Below are positions 25,816 to 33,409 of a stretch of DNA of 33,409 nt, in pieces. The notes below the pieces were generated by a model. It saw only the letters and a program-made list of their open reading frames with translations. It did no database searches and was not told the DNA's origin. Origin of the DNA: Ferruginibacter sp. (GTDB taxonomy: Bacteria; Bacteroidota; Bacteroidia; Chitinophagales; Chitinophagaceae); assembly GCA_031430955.1 (NCBI GenBank), contig JANPCM010000085.1; one strand, written 5' to 3'. Numbering within the stretch: position 1 is the first letter of the stretch; each line of letters starts with the position of its first letter. The position numbers were made by a program, and so were the translations under genes.

Positions 25816-27135
25816 TTATATCGCAGCCAGCGGCATACTAATAACAAACGTACTTCCTTTCCCTAACACACTATCTGCCTTAATAGTTCCATGATGCGCC
25901 TGCACCATAATTTTTACATAACTCAGCCCCAGGCCAAAGCCTTTTACGTTATGGATATTACCCGTATGGGCACGGTAAAATTTTTCAAAAATACGGTTTA
26001 CGGTTTCTTTGTTCATACCAATGCCGTTATCTTCTATTTTTATTTTTAGCTGATTACCGCTATTTTCAGTAGTTAGTTTTATCTGCAAATTTTCTTTGGA
26101 ATATTTTACCGCATTATCTAAAAGGTTATTTATTAAATTGGTAAAATGTACTTCATCGGCCAGTATCAAATCTTTTTCTGCATTTAACTTCACATCAAGT
26201 GTACCCTGTTTTTCTTCTACCTGTAATGTAATATTATTTAATGCACTGGTAATTAAATCGTGTGCCGAGGATTTTTTAAGATTTAATTGTACTTCCTGCT
26301 TATCCAGCAAAGCCGCCTGCAGTATGGTTTCCACCTGCTTGTTCATGCGTTTGTTTTCTTCTTTAATTATATGGGTAAAGTAATTGGTTTTTTCTTCGTT
26401 GCCTTTTACCTTATCATTTTTTAACGCATCTACTGCCAGCGAAATAGTAGCCAGCGGTGTTTTAAATTCATGCGTCATGTTATTAATAAAATCAGATTTT
26501 ATTTCACTTAATTTTTTTTGTTTCAGCAATGTTCTTATAGTAATAAAAAAAGCGGTGGTAATAATTAAAGTAAACAAAATAGCACCAATTATAAACCAGT
26601 ACATTTCTTTCCAGATGATATTTTTTTGGTTGGGTATAATTACACAAAGCAATTCTTCATTCACCAAATTTTCGTAGTTGCTGCCGCTGGGTGGTTGTAA
26701 CGCAATTACATGGTTTATGTTATTGGCAGAGTCAACATAAAGTTTATAATAATTATCGGTAAGTAATTGCCTTCCGCTTATGGAGTTTTCGGTAATGGCA
26801 AATTCAAAAGGATAATGCTTAAGATTTTTTTGGTTAAATGCATTTCGTATAATCTCTGATATCTCTTCTTTTGAAAATCTTTGTATTACTGATGATTTAA
26901 AATATTGTAACCTGTCACCTGGAAAAAGCATATCGTTCCTGTTGGCAAAAGGTATAATGGTATTTTTACCCTGAGATAATGTTTCGCCAGCTATTTCCAA
27001 AGCGTGGATAATATTTTCCTCCACCTGCTTATCCTTGGCATCCCTTGCACTTTTTATCCAGAGAAACTGAAAAAAAATCAGCCCCAGCAGCGATAAAAAA
27101 ATCAGTATGGTTATAATAGGGAAAATTCTTTTCAT
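25816..27135 (-). CDS. Membrane-bound sensor histidine kinase (RprX-like)
   Basis: Two TM helices flanking a periplasmic domain; KSDFINNMTHEFKTP, NLLDNAVKYS, DNGIGM, GFGLGL. Confidence 0.93.
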   Translation of the reverse strand: MKRIFPIITILIFLSLLGLIFFQFLWIKSARDAKDKQVEENIIHALEIAGETLSQGKNTIIPFANRNDMLFPGDRLQYFKSSVIQRFSKEEISEIIRNAFNQKNLKHYPFEFAITENSISGRQLLTDNYYKLYVDSANNINHVIALQPPSGSNYENLVNEELLCVIIPNQKNIIWKEMYWFIIGAILFTLIITTAFFITIRTLLKQKKLSEIKSDFINNMTHEFKTPLATISLAVDALKNDKVKGNEEKTNYFTHIIKEENKRMNKQVETILQAALLDKQEVQLNLKKSSAHDLITSALNNITLQVEEKQGTLDVKLNAEKDLILADEVHFTNLINNLLDNAVKYSKENLQIKLTTENSGNQLKIKIEDNGIGMNKETVNRIFEKFYRAHTGNIHNVKGFGLGLSYVKIMVQAHHGTIKADSVLGKGSTFVISMPLAAI

Positions 27136-27140
27136 CTATG

Positions 27141-27148
27141 CAAAAGTA
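27141..27148 (-). promoter_or_regulatory. Bacteroidetes -7 element (TACTTTTG) for the kinase gene; implies a very short or absent leader
   Basis: TAnnTTTG ending 5 nt upstream of ATG 27135. Confidence 0.55.
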
Positions 27149-27228
27149 TATCAGTTAGAGGGTGTAAAATATGGTAAAACTGCCAAACTGTAAATTTAAC
27201 GAAGGTTTAGTTTTTTTCTACATCTGAC

Positions 27229-27295
27229 CGTACTCATCTGGCCGCTATAAATCTCTTTAATTTATAAACAATATTTTTAGCGGCCTATGAGTACG
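27229..27295. repeat. Long inverted repeat in a divergent intergenic region
   Basis: CGTACTCAT-ct-GGCCGCTA (27229-27247) / TAGCGGCC-t-ATGAGTACG (27278-27295) around an AT-rich loop. Confidence 0.75.
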
Positions 27296-27390
27296 ATAAA
27301 AGCTTATCCGTAGTGGCCTGACACCTAAATATCTTCAATAAATTTTACTTTTCTCTTTTGTAATTTGCAATTAAATCTTATTTTAGGAAT

Positions 27391-27942
27391 ATGATTGACC
27401 CAGGGCCCGGCATATTATTAATTGCAGACCCGTTTTTAAAAGATCCCAATTTTTTAAGAACGGTAGTACTGTTGTGCGATCATAAAGAAGAAGGCAGTTT
27501 TGGTTTTGTGCTGAATAAAAAAATTGAACAAACCCTTGATGAACTACTTAATAATTTTGATGGCTTTCCCTTACCGGTTTTTTATGGCGGCCCGGTGCAA
27601 ACAGATACTATTCACTTTGTACACCAATACCCCGATTTAATACCCGAAGCTTTTGAAATTAGTGATGGTATTTATTGGGGTGGCAATTTTGACACTGTTA
27701 CTGCTTTAATAAAAAATAAAAGTCTTGACCCAAAAAAAATAAAATTTTTTATTGGTTACAGTGGCTGGAGCGATGGGCAACTGAATGATGAAATGAAAGA
27801 AAAAAGTTGGTTAACAGTTGACGCTACAAAAAATTTAGTGTTCCATACAAAAGATACCGAAGTATGGAAAAGCAGCCTGATACATTTGGGCGGCGATTAT
27901 GAAATGATGGTGAATTTTCCGATTGATCCGCAATTGAATTAA
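27391..27942 (+). CDS. YqgE/AlgH family protein (DUF179)
   Basis: LLIADP..DPNFLRTVVLLCDH..GSFGFVLN, YGGPV, FIGYSGW..GQL..E...SW. Confidence 0.95.
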   Translation: MIDPGPGILLIADPFLKDPNFLRTVVLLCDHKEEGSFGFVLNKKIEQTLDELLNNFDGFPLPVFYGGPVQTDTIHFVHQYPDLIPEAFEISDGIYWGGNFDTVTALIKNKSLDPKKIKFFIGYSGWSDGQLNDEMKEKSWLTVDATKNLVFHTKDTEVWKSSLIHLGGDYEMMVNFPIDPQLN

Positions 27943-27946
27943 GGGG

Positions 27947-28103
27947 GTGAATGGGCAATGGTCAATAGGCAATTAGCAATGCACCAATATTTCATTATTC
28001 ACCATTGATCATTCACCATTCGCAATTGACCATTCACAATTGACCATTCACAATTGACCATTCACAATTGACCATTCACAATTGACCATTCACAATTGAC
28101 CAC
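27947..28103. repeat. Heptamer-based tandem array with an opposed complementary arm between convergent genes
   Basis: Five perfect CAATTGACCATTCA units plus a partial unit at 28023-28102; left arm GTGAATG GGCAATG GTCAATA GGCAATT AGCAATG at 27947-27981. Confidence 0.92.
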
Positions 28104-28928
28104 TTACCGCAGCCCTCCAATAACTTCTGCAAACAGTTCACTCAACTTTGCATCAGCTTTACCAGCTACTGCAATTATTTCTCCAATATCAACAGGTTGC
28201 AAATTATCTGGGTCGCATTCGTCAGTTATTACACTTATTGCAGCACAGGGCAAACCCACATGATTGGCAACAATTACTTCGGGCACAGTACTCATGCCCA
28301 CCATATCGGCACCCATATTTCTTAAATGCCTGTACTCTGCTCTGGTTTCTAAATTGGGCCCTGCAACAGCAACATAAATACCTTCTTTAACTGGTATAGA
28401 TAATTTTTTTGCAGCAGTTAAAATTTTATTGTTCAAATCTTTGTTGTACGGGCAACTCATATCTACAAAACGATTTCCAAAAGCGGCATCATTCAATCCA
28501 CGTAAAGGATTTTCGGGTTGCTCATTAATATGATCGGTCAATAAAACCAGATCGCCTTTTTTGTAAGCAGCATTCATACCCCCTGCTGCATTACTCAATA
28601 GTAAATATTGTACCCCTAATTCTTTCATTACTCTTACCGGAAAAGTTACCTGCTGCATACTGTACCCCTCGTAATAATGAAATCTGCCCTGCATGGCAAT
28701 TACCGGCACATTATTCAACAACCCATAAATTAAATTTCCTTTATGAAACTCTACCGTTGCTTCCGGAAAATCAGGTATTTCATTATAGGGTATTGTAATT
28801 TTTATATCAATTTTATGTATCAACGCACTCAGACCTGTGCCTAATACAATGCCTGCTAAAGGTTTTTCCATACCCTTACTATGTAAAAATGCCGCACATT
28901 CTTTTATCATTTTTAAAGAATACTCCAT
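28104..28928 (-). CDS. punA: Purine nucleoside phosphorylase (trimeric PNP type)
   Basis: GIVLGTGL, MQGRFHYYEGY, NAAGG, GPNLET.AE, VGMSTVPEV; has ITDEC where canonical PNPs have ITN. Confidence 0.93.
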   Translation of the reverse strand: MEYSLKMIKECAAFLHSKGMEKPLAGIVLGTGLSALIHKIDIKITIPYNEIPDFPEATVEFHKGNLIYGLLNNVPVIAMQGRFHYYEGYSMQQVTFPVRVMKELGVQYLLLSNAAGGMNAAYKKGDLVLLTDHINEQPENPLRGLNDAAFGNRFVDMSCPYNKDLNNKILTAAKKLSIPVKEGIYVAVAGPNLETRAEYRHLRNMGADMVGMSTVPEVIVANHVGLPCAAISVITDECDPDNLQPVDIGEIIAVAGKADAKLSELFAEVIGGLR

Positions 28929-28988
28929 AACTAAATCTTTATTGGGTGAATGTACGTAAATTGGTTTTAAACTGTTTTACATTTATAT

Positions 28989-30257
28989 ATGAAATTTCTT
29001 TCTGCAATATTTATTTTTTTATCAATAAACAGCTTTGCCCAAAACGGTTACAAAACCGGCGATGCTGTGGGTGATCTGCAGGCAAAAAAAATTCTCAATT
29101 ATACTACACCCTCTTCTTCTCTTAAAAATTTAAAAGGCAATATAACCATTATAGATTTTTTTGGTACCTGGTGTGTGCCTTGTATTAAGGTTTTACCTGA
29201 ACTTACCAGTTTTAAAAATAAATTTGCTGCAGATGTAAATATTTTTTTAGTATCAAACGAAGCAGAGGATAAATTAAATAAATTTATCAGCAGCCGAAAA
29301 CCTTTTGCCTTACCCCTTGTTGTGGATGAAGGCAATATTTTTACAAATGCTTTTCAGCCACCATCTTATCCTTACACGGTGGTGCTGGATAAAAATTTAA
29401 AAGTAATTTCAATTACCAATGCTGCAGACCTTACAGAAGCCATGCTGCAAAAGTTTATTGAGGATGGAAAAAATATGATGGTAACAAAAACTGTTGAAGT
29501 TAAAAGTGAAACTAAAGCAGAAATAAAAACTGATACCAAAATGCCTGCCTATACTGCAAGTAAAAATGTATTGATAAAACTTTCGCAGGATTTTATGTAT
29601 GCCGCCAAATTAAATGAGGACGTTACAGCATTTATCGATCAGCTTAAAAATTTATCATTTGATGAGTTGAAAAAAAATATTAGTGGCGATGAAGAAAAAA
29701 AAGCCTTTTGGATAAATCTTTACAATGGTTATGTAAATTCATCGCTGCATAAAAATCCTGATCTTTATAAAGACAGGGGCGAATTTTTTTCTGCAAAAAA
29801 TATTATTGTTGCCGGTAAAACATTCAGCCTTGATGTAATAGAACATGGTATTTTAAGGAAAAGTAAAATAAAATGGAGCCTGGGCTATTTTAATAAATTA
29901 TTTCCTAATAAAACAGAAAAGGCTTTACGGGTACGCCATTTAGATAAGCGCATACATTTTGCCTTAAACTGCGGCGCTAAAAGTTGCCCGCCTATTGCAT
30001 TTTATAACGCTGAAAATATTAACCAACAATTAGACATAGCTACAAAAGCATATTTAACCGGCGAGGCAACTTATAATGCAGCAGAAAATAAATTATATCT
30101 TCCTGCAATTATGGGATGGTTTAGAAGGGATTTTAGCGGAAAGAAAAAAATGATCAGTATGGTTAAGTCATTAAATATTGTTCCTGAAAAAGTTTCGCCA
30201 TCAATTGAATTTAAACCTTACGACTGGACACTATATTTAGAAAATTATAAACTGTAA
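28989..30257 (+). CDS. Exported TlpA/thioredoxin-like domain + DUF547 fusion protein
   Basis: Signal peptide ending SFA-Q; DFFGTWCVPC and SYPYT; DUF547 motifs AFWINLYN, SLDVIEHGILR, RIHFALNCGAKSCPP. Confidence 0.85.
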   Translation: MKFLSAIFIFLSINSFAQNGYKTGDAVGDLQAKKILNYTTPSSSLKNLKGNITIIDFFGTWCVPCIKVLPELTSFKNKFAADVNIFLVSNEAEDKLNKFISSRKPFALPLVVDEGNIFTNAFQPPSYPYTVVLDKNLKVISITNAADLTEAMLQKFIEDGKNMMVTKTVEVKSETKAEIKTDTKMPAYTASKNVLIKLSQDFMYAAKLNEDVTAFIDQLKNLSFDELKKNISGDEEKKAFWINLYNGYVNSSLHKNPDLYKDRGEFFSAKNIIVAGKTFSLDVIEHGILRKSKIKWSLGYFNKLFPNKTEKALRVRHLDKRIHFALNCGAKSCPPIAFYNAENINQQLDIATKAYLTGEATYNAAENKLYLPAIMGWFRRDFSGKKKMISMVKSLNIVPEKVSPSIEFKPYDWTLYLENYKL

Positions 30258-30260
30258 ATT

Positions 30261-30596
30261 ATGAGCGACCATTATTACAATGCAGCTGACCTTGCAAAAT
30301 TTGGTAACATCGGCGAATACCAAAAAGATTTGGCAGATAAATTTTTTGCCTGGTACGGTGCAGCCTTTGCCGATAGTGCATTAACTGCAAAAGAAAAATC
30401 GCTGATCGCCTTAGCCGTTGCACATGCCGTACAATGCCCTTACTGCATTGATGCTTACAGCAGTGATGCCTACGAAAAAGGTTACAGCGAAGCACAGATG
30501 ATGGAAGCTGTACACATTGCCGCAGCCATAAAAGGTGGCGCTGCATTGGTGCATGGCGTGCAAATGATGAATAAAGTAAAGGAGATTGCGATGTAG
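30261..30596 (+). CDS. AhpD/CMD-family peroxidase-like protein of the type associated with arsS
   Basis: LTAKEKSLIALAVAHAVQCPYCIDAY (CxxC), GAALVHGVQM; directly upstream of arsS. Confidence 0.9.
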   Translation: MSDHYYNAADLAKFGNIGEYQKDLADKFFAWYGAAFADSALTAKEKSLIALAVAHAVQCPYCIDAYSSDAYEKGYSEAQMMEAVHIAAAIKGGAALVHGVQMMNKVKEIAM

Positions 30597-30854
30597 CCCC
30601 TGTCTCCGCCAGCTGGCGGAGAACTAAGATTGCTACTGTATAATTTTTTTAGTAACAGCTATTAATTTTATTGGTACAAGACTTTTGAGCCGGTCTTTTG
30701 AATTACTATTTAACTTCATTGGTCTGGCCTAAGGCGAGACACTCTTGTACAGCAAATCCTTATTGAACTTTTATCTCAGCGATTGATAAACGGAATAAAA
30801 AATAAATTATAAACTTTAAAATTATGTTCTCCGCCAGCTGGCGGAGTCAGGGGC
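30596..30854. mobile_element. 259-bp element bounded by 29-bp inverted repeats (REPIN/MITE-like)
   Basis: GCCCCTGTCTCCGCCAGCTGGCGGAGAAC (30596-30624) vs reverse complement of 30826-30854, 28/29 identical; contains a family 2 repeat at 30744-30781. Confidence 0.7.
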
Positions 30855-30857
30855 AAA

Positions 30858-31919
30858 ATGAAATCATTAAAAGCACAACATAACATTCTTGCAGATGCAC
30901 ATGAGCAAATAGAAATATTAGAGCATGGCGTAAATCATGATGATGCATTCAGGCTAATTCCATTTCAACAAAAATTGGAAGCCATTGGATTGTATCCTTT
31001 GCTGCCAACAGCATTAGAAGTTTTTCAAATTAACGTAGGCAAAATGTGTAACCAGGTTTGCAAACATTGTCATGTAGATGCCGGGCCCGACCGTAAAGAA
31101 ATAATGACCAGGGAAACAATGCTGCAATGTGTTGAAGTAATAAAAAATAATCCTTCATTTACCACAGTTGATCTAACAGGGGGTGCACCCGAAATGAATC
31201 CTGATTTTAGGTTTTTTGTAACCGAAATAAAAAAAGCTAATCCTCAAATAAAAATAATTGTACGGTGCAATCTTACCATCATCCGTGCCAATAAAAAATA
31301 TTACGATCTGCCCGAATTTTTTAAATTGCATAATATTGAAGTAGTTTCTTCTCTACCTTTTTATACTGCCGACAGAACAGATAAGCAAAGGGGCGATGGA
31401 GTTTTTGAAGACAGTATTACAGCCTTACAAATGCTTAATGCAGTTGGGTATGGTATGGAAGGCAGCGGCCTTATCTTAAATTTGGTATATAATCCGGCAG
31501 GCGCTTTTTTACCACCATCGCAAACGGCGTTAGAAAAAGAATTTAAAACCGCATTAAAAAAAGATTTTAATATTTCTTTCAATGCGCTTTTTGCCATTAC
31601 TAATTTACCCATCAGCCGTTATTTAGATTATTTGTTGCAAAGCGGCAATTACGAAAAGTATATGGAAAAATTGATTGCTGCATTTAACCCCGTGGCAGCA
31701 AGTAATGTAATGTGCCGCAATACACTTTCTATTGGTTGGGATGGATTTATTTACGATTGCGATTTTAACCAGATGCTGGAATTAAAAGTGGATTGCAGCA
31801 GTAAACATATTGCACAATACAACAGTACTGCATTACAAAACCGTTCTATCGTAGTTAACCAGCATTGCTTTGGTTGCACGGCGGGTGCAGGCAGCAGTTG
31901 CGGAGGTGCAGTAACCTAA
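30858..31919 (+). CDS. arsS: Radical SAM / Cys-rich protein of the arsenosugar biosynthesis ArsS family
   Basis: QINVGKMCNQVCKHCHVDAGP (CxxxCxxC), DLTGGAPEMNP, MCR, YDCDFNQML, C-terminal HCFGCTAGAGSSCGG. Confidence 0.92.
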   Translation: MKSLKAQHNILADAHEQIEILEHGVNHDDAFRLIPFQQKLEAIGLYPLLPTALEVFQINVGKMCNQVCKHCHVDAGPDRKEIMTRETMLQCVEVIKNNPSFTTVDLTGGAPEMNPDFRFFVTEIKKANPQIKIIVRCNLTIIRANKKYYDLPEFFKLHNIEVVSSLPFYTADRTDKQRGDGVFEDSITALQMLNAVGYGMEGSGLILNLVYNPAGAFLPPSQTALEKEFKTALKKDFNISFNALFAITNLPISRYLDYLLQSGNYEKYMEKLIAAFNPVAASNVMCRNTLSIGWDGFIYDCDFNQMLELKVDCSSKHIAQYNSTALQNRSIVVNQHCFGCTAGAGSSCGGAVT

Positions 31920-31923
31920 TAAA

Positions 31924-32517
31924 ATGAAATCAGGTCTAATAATATTCGTTCGCAATCCAGTTTTATCAAAGGTAAAAACAAGATTGGCAGCAACTATTGG
32001 TGAGGAAAAAGCATTGCAGGTGTGTAAACATTTATTACAGCATACCCATACAAGTACTAAAGATATATCAGTTACTAAATTTGTTTACTATGCCGACTAC
32101 ATAAATGAAGATGATATTTGGAATGGTTTTGAAAAAAAATTGCAGCAGGGTAATAATTTAGGCCAAAGAATGCAAATAGCTTTTCAGGAATTGTTTGAGG
32201 CTGACTTTACAAAAGTTTGCATAATAGGAAGTGATTGTTATGAGCTAAACAGCAATATTATAGAAAGGGCATTCGAAAAACTTAATACTGCTGATATTGT
32301 TATTGGCCCAGTAACAGATGGTGGTTATTATCTGTTGGGTCTGAATAAATTGATACCGGAACTTTTTATTAATAAATCATGGAGTACTGAAACCGTTTTT
32401 GCTGATACAATTAAAGATGCCACATCCCTCCAAATCAACTTTCATCAATTACCTGTACTAAATGATATTGATACTGAAAAAGACCTCCGCAACTCCACAC
32501 TTGCCTTTTTTATTTGA
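31924..32517 (+). CDS. TIGR04282/DUF2064 family CofC-like (GT-A fold) transferase associated with ArsS
   Basis: LIIFVRNP...KVKTRLA, QQGNNLGQRM, IIGSDC, IGPVTDGGYYLLG, LNDIDT..DL. Confidence 0.9.
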   Translation: MKSGLIIFVRNPVLSKVKTRLAATIGEEKALQVCKHLLQHTHTSTKDISVTKFVYYADYINEDDIWNGFEKKLQQGNNLGQRMQIAFQELFEADFTKVCIIGSDCYELNSNIIERAFEKLNTADIVIGPVTDGGYYLLGLNKLIPELFINKSWSTETVFADTIKDATSLQINFHQLPVLNDIDTEKDLRNSTLAFFI

Positions 32518-32552
32518 TTTATATTTATCTTCCCTGTTCAAACTAATTAAAA

Positions 32553-33409
32553 TTGCTTTATTCATTTGTAAAAATTATTGCAAGGCTGGCCTTACCCATT
32601 TATTGCAGAAATATAGCGATTAATAAAAAAGAACTCTTAAAACACAAAGGGCCATTACTTCTTGCAGTTAATCATCCAAACTCGTTTTTAGATGCTATAA
32701 TATTATGTACTTTATTTGATGGTACAGTATACTCCCTTGCCAGAGGCGATGCCTTTAAGAATAAATTTTTTGCTAAAATTTTATTCCTGTTTAAAATGTT
32801 TCCGGTGTACAGGGTTAGTGAAGGAGTAGAAAATATGGATGAGAATTACAAAACATTTGACCAGTGCAAAGAAATATTTAAGCAAAATGGTATTGTATTA
32901 ATTTTTAGCGAAGGAAGATGCATTAACGAATGGCATTTACGGCCCTTAATGAAAGGAACGGCAAGATTAGCCATCAGCAGTTGGGAAGAGGGCATTCCTT
33001 TACAAGTTTTGCCGGTTGGTATTAATTACAGTTCTTTTAGAAAAATGGGTAAAAATATACAATTGTTTTTTGGAGAGTTGATTACCAAAAATAATATTGA
33101 AAGCAGTAACGGGCATGGCAAAAGTATCCAATCGTTTAATACTAAACTTTTGCAACAATTACAACCCTTTGTTTTTGAAATAAATAAATCAAATAAAGAA
33201 GAACTGCACAAAAGATTTTATGTACCACAATCATTATTGAAAAAAATATTACTGTTTATTCCTTCCATAATTGGATGGCTGCTGCATGTTCCATTGTACT
33301 TTCCAGTTAAAATTTATGTACAAAACGCAGCTTTTGATAACGACCATTACGATTCTATTGTTGTGGCTTTATTATTTCTTATTTATCCCCTCTACCTTAT
33401 TATACTTTC
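32553..33409 (+). CDS. PlsC-like glycerolipid acyltransferase; partial, runs off the right edge
   Basis: Hand translation from TTG 32553: MLYSFVKIIARLALPIYCR...LLAVNHPNSFLDA (HxxxxD), ARGDAF, FPVYR, IFSEG, KGTARLA, LPVGINY. Confidence 0.9.
   Translation, partial: MLYSFVKIIARLALPIYCRNIAINKKELLKHKGPLLLAVNHPNSFLDAIILCTLFDGTVYSLARGDAFKNKFFAKILFLFKMFPVYRVSEGVENMDENYKTFDQCKEIFKQNGIVLIFSEGRCINEWHLRPLMKGTARLAISSWEEGIPLQVLPVGINYSSFRKMGKNIQLFFGELITKNNIESSNGHGKSIQSFNTKLLQQLQPFVFEINKSNKEELHKRFYVPQSLLKKILLFIPSIIGWLLHVPLYFPVKIYVQNAAFDNDHYDSIVVALLFLIYPLYLIIL

Noticed and set aside
28023-28102. Possible CRISPR or iteron array
   Set aside because: Head-to-tail 14-mers with no spacers; a simple tandem repeat.
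30858-31919. Selenocysteine in ArsS
   Set aside because: Some family members are selenoproteins, but this ORF has no in-frame TGA and ends in TAA.
1-33409. tRNA, rRNA, transposase, integrase or phage genes
   Set aside because: None recognised in any intergenic region or ORF.

Overview
AT-rich Bacteroidetes chromosome segment, probably Chitinophagaceae (inferred from protein style and TAnnTTTG promoters). From left to right it holds a partial transketolase, a WecA-like transferase, frr, a sterol-desaturase-family gene and a three-gene cytoplasmic signalling cassette (PAS kinase, single receiver, sensor-less kinase). The centre is a minus-strand division and cell wall (dcw) cluster: mraZ-rsmH-ftsL-ftsI-murE-mraY-murD-ftsW-murG-murC-ftsQ-ftsA-ftsZ. 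To its right are a DUF3052 pseudogene, a membrane histidine kinase, YqgE/AlgH, and an arsenosugar-type cluster: divergent purine nucleoside phosphorylase, thioredoxin-DUF547 fusion, AhpD-like protein, radical SAM ArsS, TIGR04282-like transferase, then a partial acyltransferase. Non-coding highlights: almost every dcw gene junction carries small repeats (REP-like hairpins, 7/8-mer arrays, a second ~75-bp dispersed repeat). Short palindromes appear to have replaced the cores of some of these repeats, and some repeats are translated into protein termini. Also present are MraZ-like and DnaA-like boxes upstream of mraZ and an abrupt synonymous-codon shift in the 3' part of ftsZ. All family calls are by motif recognition; no searches were run.
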